Shown here in pieces: positions 39,470-48,496 of a stretch of DNA of 64,000 nt. Both the position numbers and the translations under genes were made by a program. Origin of the DNA: Cyanophyceae cyanobacterium. GTDB taxonomy: Bacteria; Cyanobacteriota; Cyanobacteriia; Cyanobacteriales; Laspinemataceae. The stretch covers positions 383,269 through 447,268 of the forward strand of contig JBBQFN010000002.1 of the NCBI GenBank assembly GCA_038321985.1. The letters run 5' to 3'. The notes beneath the pieces are model-generated. The model was not told the DNA's origin, did no database searches, and saw nothing but the letters and a program-made list of their open reading frames with translations. Position 1 is the stretch's first letter. Each line of letters begins with the position of its first letter.

Positions 39470-40873
39470 ATGAACGAACAACACCAATATCTAAAAACCT
39501 TCGCTCAAAACTACATTAAGCGCACCCAAACCTCCAAAAAAATGGCCCAAACCTATCGCCCGATTTTAGCGGATATTCGGGCAGGAGGTCAGTTCCCAAT
39601 GCCGTTTAAAGAAATCTTTTATCCTATTGTTGCTACACGGTCCCAAGGTTCTCGAATTTGGGACATAGATGACAATGAATATGTAGATCTAACAATGGGC
39701 TTTGGAGTGAATTTATTCGGTCACAATCCGCCCTTTATCCAATCCGCTATTCAAGAGCAATTAGCTAAAGGAATTCAACTCGGTCCTCAATCGGAAGATG
39801 TGGGAATCGTGGCGGAAATGATTGCCGAAATGACGCAAACTGAACGAGTTGCTTTTAGTAATACGGGCACCGAAGCCGTGATGACCGCCATTCGATTAGC
39901 GCGATCGCAAACGGGACGTCCTAAAATTGCCTTATTTTCCGGTTCCTATCATGGTCATTTTGATGGAACTCTTGCCATTGCTTCCCCCGACTCTCCCCCT
40001 CATGCTGTCCCCCTTTCTCCCGGCATCCTTTCCAACTTTATCGCCGATGTTTTAGTGTTGGAATATGACCATCCTGACTCCTTGGAAATTATAAAATCTC
40101 AGGGTCATGAATTAGCTGCTGTTCTCGTCGAACCCGTCCAAAGTCGCCGTCCAGAATTGCAACCCAAAGCCTTTTTGCAAGAACTGCGCCAAGTGACCCA
40201 AGAGGCAGGAATTGCCTTAATTTTTGATGAAATGGTCACCGGATTTCGCATTCATCCCGGCGGTGCCCAAGCCTGGTTTGGAGTCCAAGCCGATATTGCC
40301 ACTTATGGTAAAATAATCGGGGGAGGGATGCCCATTGGAATTATTGCCGGAAAAGCCGAATATCTGGATCGAATTGATGGCGGAATTTGGAACTATGGTG
40401 ATGATTCCTATCCGTCCGTAGAACCGACCTTTTTTGCCGGGACCTTTTGCAAACATCCCTTGGCGATCGCCGCAGCAAAAGCAGTTCTAACCCATCTCAA
40501 AGCAGAAGGTTCCACCCTTCAGGACCGTTTAAATCAACGCACTTCTGACTTTGTGACTGAATTAAATGCCTACTTTATCAATAATTCTGTCCCGATTCGC
40601 ATGGCAAATTTTGGCTCACTTTTCGGTCCCGTTTCCGGCGGAAATACCTCCAATTCAGGACCCTCAATGGCGATGCAATTACTCACTTATCACCTGTTTT
40701 ATCAAGGGGTAATGATTCGCGGTGGCAATGGATTCTTATCTACCGCTCATAGTGATGATGATGTACAATTTATCATCACGGCAGTTAAAAACAGTGTGGC
40801 TCAATTGCGAGAAGGCGGGTTTTTACCAGCCCCCACCGTGAATCCGGCTGAGTTAAGCACCACGAAAAGTTAA
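39470..40873 (+). CDS. Class III PLP aminotransferase of the PKS/NRPS-associated (McyE/MycA AMT-domain-like) type
   Basis: DLTMGFGVNLFGH, SNTGTEAV, VEPVQSRRP, IFDEMVTGFR, YGKIIGGG, TFFAGTF; N-terminal YIKRTQTSK segment typical of embedded AMT domains. Confidence 0.85.
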   Translation: MNEQHQYLKTFAQNYIKRTQTSKKMAQTYRPILADIRAGGQFPMPFKEIFYPIVATRSQGSRIWDIDDNEYVDLTMGFGVNLFGHNPPFIQSAIQEQLAKGIQLGPQSEDVGIVAEMIAEMTQTERVAFSNTGTEAVMTAIRLARSQTGRPKIALFSGSYHGHFDGTLAIASPDSPPHAVPLSPGILSNFIADVLVLEYDHPDSLEIIKSQGHELAAVLVEPVQSRRPELQPKAFLQELRQVTQEAGIALIFDEMVTGFRIHPGGAQAWFGVQADIATYGKIIGGGMPIGIIAGKAEYLDRIDGGIWNYGDDSYPSVEPTFFAGTFCKHPLAIAAAKAVLTHLKAEGSTLQDRLNQRTSDFVTELNAYFINNSVPIRMANFGSLFGPVSGGNTSNSGPSMAMQLLTYHLFYQGVMIRGGNGFLSTAHSDDDVQFIITAVKNSVAQLREGGFLPAPTVNPAELSTTKS

Positions 40874-40920
40874 CCCCATAAAGATTTATAGCATTTTCCG
40901 GAGTTAGAAGGTATAGTTTT

Positions 40921-40975
40921 AGGGAGTGCGAGCATCTTGCTGGCTATTTTTCTGGAACAAGCATCTTGCTCCCTA
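40921..40975. repeat. Short intergenic repeat unit (AGCATCTTGCT twice)
   Basis: AGCATCTTGCT at 40931 and 40960; related CATCTTGCTC near 46127. Confidence 0.4.
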
Positions 40976-41126
40976 CTTTTCCAAAGTAAGCCAAATCCTC
41001 GCACTCCTAATAATTATCATCATCGTTTTCCCTCGCCCGAGTGGGAACCATTATCCGTTAAAATTAATGTAAACAAGGCATTAACCTGTCCCTATAAATT
41101 ATTGATCACACGCTTAACCCGTACAA

Positions 41127-41894
41127 ATGAAACGCATAATAGCTAATTCTTGGATTCCCTATTCTAAACCCAATTCTCATCTTCCTTTGCGCTTATTTTG
41201 CTTTCCCTATGCCGGGGCAGGTGCTTCCATTTTTTGTCCTTGGACTGCTCAATTAGCCCCCGATATCGAAGTGGTTCCCGTGCAGCTTCCAGGACGGGAA
41301 AATCGCCTCAGCGAACCTCTCTTTACCCAAATTTCCCCTTTAGTAGAAGCCCTCAGCTATCATTTACTTCCCTATTGCGATCGCCCCTTTGCATTGTTCG
41401 GACATAGTGTCGGTGCATTAGTTGCATTTGAATTCGCTCGCTACCTGCGTCGTCATGATTATCACCAACCCCTACACCTGTTTATTTCCGGTCGTGAGGC
41501 TCCTCAGCTTCGTCCTTCGTCACCCCCCATTCATCCCTTGCCCGATCCAGAATTCATAGAAAAATTGCGTCAATACAATGGGATGCCGGATACTCTTCTC
41601 CAAAACCCAGAACTTATGGCATTATTCATTCCGATTCTAAGAGCAGATTTAGCAATCAATGAAAACTATAATTACTATTCCGAAGCCCCGCTCAACTATC
41701 CTATTTCTGCCTTTGCCGGATTAGACGACTGCGAAGCAACTCAAGAAGAAATGGCCCCCTGGAGTCAAGAAACCTGCCATCAATTTACATTAAATCTAGT
41801 TCCAGGTGATCACTTTTTTATTAAATCTCAACCCCTTCCAATTTTAGCGGCGATTTTCCAAAAACTTACCGGCGTTATAAAACCTGAAACCTAG
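41127..41894 (+). CDS. Type II (editing) thioesterase
   Basis: RLFCFPYAGAGAS, QLPGRENR, GHSVG nucleophile elbow, GDHFF. Confidence 0.92.
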   Translation: MKRIIANSWIPYSKPNSHLPLRLFCFPYAGAGASIFCPWTAQLAPDIEVVPVQLPGRENRLSEPLFTQISPLVEALSYHLLPYCDRPFALFGHSVGALVAFEFARYLRRHDYHQPLHLFISGREAPQLRPSSPPIHPLPDPEFIEKLRQYNGMPDTLLQNPELMALFIPILRADLAINENYNYYSEAPLNYPISAFAGLDDCEATQEEMAPWSQETCHQFTLNLVPGDHFFIKSQPLPILAAIFQKLTGVIKPET

Positions 41895-41915
41895 GTTTCT
41901 TAAGCTATTCAATGC

Positions 41916-42440
41916 CTGCTTTATAAAACTTAGACAAACCCGGACATGGCTGGATATTGATGTTTATTTCTTGCTTCGTCCGGGACTGTCGGCAGCACCC
42001 TATCCACAAGTGTCATCGTCAAAGCCCGGCGATTTTTCTAAATTTATACTGGCATTCCAATCTTTATCAATTGTCAGACCACAGTTCTGACACTGAAAAG
42101 TCCGTTGATTTAACGGCATTTTTTGTCGAACATTGCAATTAAAGCACAGTTGACTGGATGGATAAAATCTATCTGCAATTATCAATTTTGATCCATACCG
42201 TTCTGTCTTCTAAATCAGTTACCGACGGAATTCTTAAAATGAAGCATCAGCAATAAAACCGGCCAAGCTATGATTTTTTCCACATCCCAGACACCTTCAA
42301 ATCTTCAATGATTACTGGGTTGTAGTTCTTAGCTAAAAAAGTAGTCAGTTTATGAATTGTGTCCCCTCGAATGTTCGCTAATTTTTGATGTATTTTTTGA
42401 ACTTTTAAGAGACATTTATGTCAATTTTTTGAGCTTTTGA
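41916..42440 (-). pseudogene. tnpB: Decayed tnpB (IS200/IS605/IS607 RNA-guided nuclease) 3' part plus the element right end
   Basis: Manual translation KIHQKLANIRGDTIHKLTTFLAKNYNPVIIEDLKVSGM...ADASF*EFRR*LI*K...ADRFYPSSQLCFNC...FQCQNCGLTIDKDWNASINL. RuvC-II IEDL, Zn ribbon and RuvC-III are visible, with several stops and a frameshift. Confidence 0.85.
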
Positions 42441-42626
42441 ATATTCAGGTTTTACATGAATAGTAAAAGCCTTATATATTTTTTGGTACTTGACAGGTGG
42501 ACAGAAAGTTACCATAAAAATTGCCCTATCATTTTAACGCCCGCTGTCATTTCCTTAATCAATCATCTGTTTACAGCTTTGTGCCAGAGTTGAATGAATG
42601 CCAAGGATGGTACTTTGGGGGACTCC

Positions 42627-42672
42627 TCTGGGGGGCTGGAGGCAGGCGATCGCCTGCCTCCAGCCCCCCAGA
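42627..42672. repeat. Perfect 46-bp palindrome centred on HIP1
   Basis: TCTGGGGGGCTGGAGGCAGGCGA|TCGCCTGCCTCCAGCCCCCCAGA; all 23 pairs checked. Confidence 0.9.
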
Positions 42673-42879
42673 ACAGAATTGTCTAATAAATTTAAGTTGA
42701 CCACAATGCAGCCAACCAAGCTAAATAGTATCCAGGCTAACCTTCCTTAAAAAAAAATCCCATCCTACTGATAGAGCAAGCAATCACTCTTCAGTCTTTA
42801 CAATTAGGAAAACAAATAAAAAGGCATCCAGTGAAGGAATCAAAACAATGAGCATCAACCGAAGTGGTTTATAACCCTG

Positions 42880-43061
42880 CGCCAAAGGTACGAGGGGAGT
42901 TAATCTGGTTTACGCCCGGTAAAAAGCATAAGTACGATACCATCATAGCAACCACCCCTAGAACCCCGATCGCCATTCAGGAATATATCAACAACCAGAA
43001 TATCAACTGGATGAAAAAGCACAGCGACGAACAATACCAGTCGCCAAACGTAAACAAATAG
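42880..43061 (+). pseudogene. Degraded C-terminal fragment of a cupin-domain gene
   Basis: RGELIWFTPGKKH...IAIQEY...NWMKKHSDEQY resembles the cupin ending PGDVVWFPPGEKHWHGA...HIAIQE...WMEKVSDEQY; the N-half is absent and a metal-binding His is lost. Confidence 0.6.
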
Positions 43062-43070
43062 AAGTATCAT

Positions 43071-44129
43071 ATGTACAAAACAAAAGCTTATTCTGCTGCC
43101 AGTGCGACATCGCTCCTAGCCTCCGATACCATCCCCAGGCGAGATCCCCACGAACACGACGTCCAGATCGAAATCCTCTTCTGCGGCATCTGCCATTCCG
43201 ACCTTCATTCGGTGCGCAACGAATGGAACCACGTCATGCCTACAGTCTATCCCATTGTCCCGGGACATGAAATTGTCGGACGTGTTACCCAAGTTGGCTC
43301 CGCAGTTACCAAGTACAAGCCCGGCGACCTCGCTGCTGTCGGCTGCATGGTCGAGTCAGACGGGACCTGCCCCCATTGCCAAGAGGGTTTTGAGCAGTTC
43401 TGCCCAAATCTGACCCTCACCTTTAACTCCCCGGACAAGTACCTAGAAGGTGTTACTTATGGGGGCTACTCCGATAGCATCGTCGTCAATGAACGCTTCG
43501 TTTTGCGCGTTCCCACCAACCTCGATCTCCCCGGCGTCGCGCCGCTCCTGTGCGCTGGGATCACAACCTACTCCCCCCTGCGCCACTGGGGGGTTACCAA
43601 GGGCAAGAAAGTTGGGGTAGTCGGTCTTGGCGGATTAGGACACATGGGCGTAAAATTTGCCCATGCCTTCGGGGCTCACGTCGTTGTTTTCACCACCTCC
43701 CCTGACAAGACGGAAGACGCCCTCCGCCTCGGTGCCGATGAAGTAGTCGTCTCCCGCAACTCCGACGAAATGCAAAAACAGGCTGGTAGCTTTGATTTTA
43801 TCCTGGATACCGTCTCGGCCACCCATGATATCAACGCCTATCTCAACCTACTCCGTCTCGACGGCAACATTACCCTAGTCGGCGCACCCGAAAAGCCTCT
43901 GGAAATATCCGCATTCAGCTTGATCATGGGCCGGCGCAGTCTCTCCGGTTCAAACATCGGTGGTATCCGTGAAACCCAGGAAATGCTCGATTTTTGCGGC
44001 AAGCATAACATCACGGCAGATGTTGAAGTCATCCCCATCCAGAAGGTTAACGAAGCCTACGAGCGACTGCTCAGGTCCGATGTGAAATATCGCTTCTGTA
44101 TCGATATGGCATCTCTGAAATCGGAATAA
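43071..44129 (+). CDS. Zn-dependent NAD(P)H alcohol dehydrogenase/aldehyde reductase (CAD/YahK/AdhA family)
   Basis: CGICHSD, PGHEIVG, APLLCAGITTYSPL, GLGGLG, DVKYRF. Confidence 0.93.
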   Translation: MYKTKAYSAASATSLLASDTIPRRDPHEHDVQIEILFCGICHSDLHSVRNEWNHVMPTVYPIVPGHEIVGRVTQVGSAVTKYKPGDLAAVGCMVESDGTCPHCQEGFEQFCPNLTLTFNSPDKYLEGVTYGGYSDSIVVNERFVLRVPTNLDLPGVAPLLCAGITTYSPLRHWGVTKGKKVGVVGLGGLGHMGVKFAHAFGAHVVVFTTSPDKTEDALRLGADEVVVSRNSDEMQKQAGSFDFILDTVSATHDINAYLNLLRLDGNITLVGAPEKPLEISAFSLIMGRRSLSGSNIGGIRETQEMLDFCGKHNITADVEVIPIQKVNEAYERLLRSDVKYRFCIDMASLKSE

Positions 44130-44693
44130 CCAGCGTTCCACCGCAGAACAGACGAGCAGATTGCCGTCACGTTCTACGGTGGGATTATGAGTGTTAGCTT
44201 TACTGGGGGCGATCGCAGCAAATTATGCACGGCGATCGCGGGTCATTTATCAAACTCTGCCCTTCTGGGACAGGGGAACACCAGAAGGTGTAAGGGTTTG
44301 CAATTCTTTGCAAAAAGAGGCTGGTTTCACCCATAAGATGAGGTTGTGCCGTCCCACAACATAAACGATTTGACCGGGAAGCAAGGTAATATTTTGTTTG
44401 ACTTCATCTGATCTGGTCCTCTCCAATAGTATTCATGGTGATTGAGCAACCGCTGTGTTTCTTCTGGGTGAAAAAATCCGCAACTTTTACGGGTGATGGG
44501 TGGATTTGTAACATTCCTTTACACTCCGTCTGAGAGACACAGGGCGATCGCCCGACAACAGAGTTAGTGGGATTAAGCGAAAGCAAATATTCCTCTGTCG
44601 TAAAATATCTTCACCTGCTGTTTAAATCTGCTTTTGTTGTTTTAGTCTGCATAATGTTAATTGTCTAGCTCAAAATGTCCGGTATGATAAATT

Positions 44694-45047
44694 ATGAACA
44701 AAATAGGGTGGGTTACATTCGCCTTACTCTCAATGGCTCTTCCAGCCACGGCGACCGAACTCCGGTGTGGGTGGCTGAAAAATCCAACTCCCGCAAACTG
44801 GTGGTTAACCGATAGAGATGCAACCTGGACTATTGGATTGCAGGGTGGATATCAAGCACAAGGAATAGAAAATATTCCTGACTTTGGCGAAGAATATGTC
44901 CGAACGAATAATAGTTATGGATACGGTTGCGCCTGTTTAGAAGTCATAACGGCTAACGAACGAGACCGAATTGTTCGGATTGAAAGTGGGGAAGCCTTGG
45001 AGTTGAGCGTTTGCCGCACTGACCCAGATTTACCCCCTATTCATTAG
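44694..45047 (+). CDS. Secreted protein, DUF4087-like
   Basis: Signal peptide; RCGWLKNPTPANWWLTDRD...QGGYQA...YGYGCAC. Confidence 0.7.
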   Translation: MNKIGWVTFALLSMALPATATELRCGWLKNPTPANWWLTDRDATWTIGLQGGYQAQGIENIPDFGEEYVRTNNSYGYGCACLEVITANERDRIVRIESGEALELSVCRTDPDLPPIH

Positions 45048-45415
45048 AATCTTCAGGTTGGTTCTGGTCTGCTCCTAGTTTGAGCTAACCTGATAACCGT
45101 TGCTCCGGCTCATTCAACAAAGGATGCTGTAGTATTTCTTTCCAACTGAACCCATAAAGTATGGACTTTTGCACTCCCTGTAGACACACCTCGGAATTCA
45201 TCGGCGGCTGCACCACTTCACCCGGGCACTTTCATCAACCAGATGCCTCCAGCTCTTCCGACCCAAAACAGGTAACCTTTCGGCTGTGGCACTGTTCGAG
45301 CTTTTACTCACAATACTGGAAGCTACCCGTTGCCCTCCCCTAAATCATGATTGGGATAGAGGCGTGAAAGATGGAAGGCGCTTAGAGTAGGAACAATAAT
45401 GAGGAGTAGCAAACA

Positions 45416-45664
45416 ATGACGCGAGAAGTAACGGATACTGACGGGATAACTTGGAGCTGTGTTCAGGCTTATGCAGGTCTTTCAGATGAGCCGGAAAACC
45501 GGGAGGCGGCTCAAGTCAAGGGAGCCAGTGATTTGTATTGGGTGGTCTGCACTCCAGATGGTGGTGCAAAGTCGGTTCGCCTTCAGCTAGAGGGCGAGTG
45601 GGAAAAATCCTACTCCGACGAGGATTTGCTTGAGGTGCTCAAGGCGGAGCAACAGTCAGCTTGA
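45416..45664 (+). CDS. Small conserved hypothetical protein
   Basis: GAGGAG RBS; 82-aa acidic ORF with normal codon use (REVTDTDGITWSCVQAY...VVCTPDGGAKSVRL). Confidence 0.7.
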   Translation: MTREVTDTDGITWSCVQAYAGLSDEPENREAAQVKGASDLYWVVCTPDGGAKSVRLQLEGEWEKSYSDEDLLEVLKAEQQSA

Positions 45665-45984
45665 GCTAGATTATTTTCGGGTAGAAAATCCACCGCTGCT
45701 GATAAAAACTCACTCAGCCTTGCAGCAGAGGTGGGTCGAGATGTGAGTGTTGTATAGAGTCTGCCCTTATCCCATCAACCAGTTCGGATCTAATCCTCAG
45801 TCCCGATCGCCACCCCAAAGCGCCACCACCGCCAAGGCCAGTTTCAGGGTGGGCGTGGTGCAGGATGGAAGGAACTTTAACCCGTATGAGTCTTGTGCTG
45901 CATTCGGTAACCCTAGTAGCCTCTGGGTAGTACACTCCATTAAGGGTGAAGGATTCTTTGCTCACAAACAGGACCTCATCCCTA

Positions 45985-46173
45985 ACTATAGCAGTCCTAA
46001 ATCAGTTATGTCATAGATCTAAGCCTGAGATCCTGGGTAGTGCGTAAAGCCTACGGCATAGCTTACGTGCTTTCCGCACAGGCTGTTGCGATCGCTGTGG
46101 GGCACAGCCTGTGCGGAAAGCCCAAACATCTTGCTCGCTAGTTTTGTTACCAATCACTTAGGACTGCTATAGT
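45985..46173. mobile_element. MITE-like element with 16-bp terminal inverted repeats and an internal hairpin
   Basis: ACTATAGCAGTCCTAA (45985-46000) and TTAGGACTGCTATAGT (46158-46173); internal 18-bp arms at 46069-46086 and 46104-46121. Confidence 0.65.
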
Positions 46174-46599
46174 GGCCCTCATCATTGCCATTTTGAGTTC
46201 GGAATTCTTGGCCGCCCCCTCAAAAAACTCGCACACAATTTGTACCAGGGCCGCACTCTCTCCGAGGTTTTCTTCCTCCATAATTTTGATTACCGATTCA
46301 GGGAGCGTGTTTGTTTCTAGCGGGTCGTTCGGTTGCTCAAACTCACGGAAAAAGGCGTTTTTCAGACTCTTCAGGGTCAGTTACCATCACCGCCGATTAG
46401 CCAGGGAGGGTCAGATGCAAAGTAGAGAGCGAGACTCGTTAGTAACCTTTGTTGCCTGGGTGACATCCTCCATCGTTGCCAGTGGGGTATTAATGTTTGT
46501 ACCTGAGTTACTGACTCGGGACTAGAATTTTTCTTCAGGGTTGACGGAATCGAAATAACGCCCTTATGGACCCAATTAAGTAAATTTAGGAAAAGAAAA

Positions 46600-46947
46600 A
46601 TGGAAAATATAGCGTTTCTTAAGCGACTGAGATTTGGTTTTGGACGCACAGTACCCCTTTGGAAGAGGAAGTTAGGCCAATCGATTGGATCCCAGGAGAC
46701 CGAAAACCGCCCCATTCAATTCCAAGTAGAAGAAGCGATCCACGAATGGGGTGAACCCTTCCGCGCTTATCTTTCCCTCTTTGATGATCCTTTAGGGGCG
46801 ATCGCCTCTTTTGAAAACTCCTATGCGGGTGAATACGCCGATCCACACGACTTTGAACGCTACTACCCCGGGGGCCTCTCGGGATGTTGCTTCATCAAAT
46901 CACCTCACGGGGTGTATGCTTTTCGTAAATTTTTTAAGGGGAAGTAA
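46600..46947 (+). CDS. Hypothetical protein with an ArdA-like acidic C-terminal part
   Basis: EPFRAYLSLFDD...FENSYAGEYADPHDF...GVYAFR pattern; the N-terminal third does not fit. Confidence 0.4.
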   Translation: MENIAFLKRLRFGFGRTVPLWKRKLGQSIGSQETENRPIQFQVEEAIHEWGEPFRAYLSLFDDPLGAIASFENSYAGEYADPHDFERYYPGGLSGCCFIKSPHGVYAFRKFFKGK

Positions 46948-47422
46948 ACAACAACGGGGTGTTTGAAGAAACGATGAAAAACAAAAACAAAGGGTGCAAG
47001 AAAAGTTAGTTTTGGGGAATGAGTTAACTTAAGTCACTACAGGCGTAAGCAGCAATTGCGGGAAGTAAAACTGAAAATTTGGTATCAATTTTCTTTATTA
47101 ACAACTGGATTTAGGAAACTAAAACAAGCATTTGCAATAGGTAATGGAGGTGGCCTTTTCTATGGACTTTTTGGAGATTAGACGAGCAGGCCGTAGAGTT
47201 GGCGATCGCCAATCGTGAGAGTGAAGCGAGTACGGGTTTTGCCGAGGTAACTAGGGGCTAATACCAATTTTATTGGGAAGCCGAGGCGGACCATTTGTTC
47301 AACTAATTCTGGCGAGCCTGAATTAGGAGTTGAAACCACATTTGAGATCCAGATTTTTCTGGATGACTCGGATGCGATCACCGGGTGATCGAGGGGGTTC
47401 TTGATCGCAAATTTATCCCATC

Positions 47423-48496
47423 TTATGCCCCTTTTCCCGTCAGCCAGTAAGTGAGCATTTCGCCTTTTCCGCGAATGGAAACAGTTCCCCGTTCCGTCAA
47501 TAAATAGTTACTTTTCAATCGCTGATATGTCTGTGCGGTAACTTGAATTTGACCGGGTAATCCTTGAGATTCCATTCGTGAGGCAATATTGACTGCATCT
47601 CCCCAGAGATCGTAAATAAACTTGGTGGTCCCAATGACCCCAGCGATGACAGGACCCGTGGCAATCCCGCAGCGAATTTGGAAGGGTTCCCCGGTTTGGG
47701 TTTGAAATTGGCCGATCGCCTGCTGCATATCCAATGCCATCTGGGCGATCGCTTCAGCATGATCGGGTTGTGGTGTTGGGATGCCACCCACCACCATATA
47801 AGCATCCCCAATCGTTTTAATTTTTTCTAACCCATGTTGGGTAGCCAGTTGGTCAAATTGACAAAAAATTTGATTAAGTAACAGAACTAATTCTGATGCG
47901 GACAGTTTAGCAGAGAGGGGGGTAAATCCAACAATATCCGCAAATAAAATACTCGCTTCATCAAATTGTTCAGCGATCACACTGAAGTTTTCTTTTAACT
48001 GCGCTGCGATCGCCTTCGGTAAAATATTCAGTAATAATCGCTCAGATTTCTCCCGTTCTAACCGCAACAACACATTTTGTTCTTCTAGTTCTTGTTGCAA
48101 TCGACTAATTTTTAAATGGTTCTCAACCCGCGCTAAAACCTCTTCAAATTGAAAAGGTTTTGTAATATAATCTACCGCTCCAACTTTAAACGCCTTCACT
48201 TTATCCAACACATCATCAAGAGCGCTTAAAAAAATTACGGGAATATCCCGGGTTTTTTCTGCGGATTTTAATTGCTGGCACACCTCATACCCATTAATAT
48301 CAGGCATATTAATATCTAGCAAAATCAGGTCGGGTGGGGACGCCTGTACCCCCATTAAGGCCATTTGACCGTTTAAGGCTTTACGAACCTTATATCCGGA
48401 ATCAGTCAACATTTTGGAGAGCAGATTCACATTGTCAAGAGTATCATCAACGACTAAAATTTTGGAGTTGGGTTCATGAATAGGGTGGCTAGTCAT
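47423..48496 (-). CDS. Response-regulator-fused class III adenylate cyclase
   Basis: REC (ILVVDD, LLDINMP, ITKPF); helical linker SERLLLNILP; ILFADIVGFT, EKIKTIGDAYM and YDLWGDAVNIASRMES (K/D pair indicates ATP specificity). Confidence 0.92.
   Translation of the reverse strand: MTSHPIHEPNSKILVVDDTLDNVNLLSKMLTDSGYKVRKALNGQMALMGVQASPPDLILLDINMPDINGYEVCQQLKSAEKTRDIPVIFLSALDDVLDKVKAFKVGAVDYITKPFQFEEVLARVENHLKISRLQQELEEQNVLLRLEREKSERLLLNILPKAIAAQLKENFSVIAEQFDEASILFADIVGFTPLSAKLSASELVLLLNQIFCQFDQLATQHGLEKIKTIGDAYMVVGGIPTPQPDHAEAIAQMALDMQQAIGQFQTQTGEPFQIRCGIATGPVIAGVIGTTKFIYDLWGDAVNIASRMESQGLPGQIQVTAQTYQRLKSNYLLTERGTVSIRGKGEMLTYWLTGKGA

Noticed and set aside
2208..41894. Many 60-140 aa ORFs overlapping the NRPS/PKS genes on either strand
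   Set aside because: Shadow frames of long genes, with no motifs and no independent RBS context.
44130..44690. Short ORF 44404-44586 and paired HIP1 sites near 44208-44240
   Set aside because: No recognisable product; HIP1 pairs are expected at this density.
45060..46016. ORFs 45161-45343, 45714-45965 and 45747-46016
   Set aside because: Mutually overlapping or motif-free; may be gene debris but cannot be assigned.
47178..47381. 67-aa minus-strand ORF after the cyclase
   Set aside because: No RBS or motif; at most an unassignable remnant.
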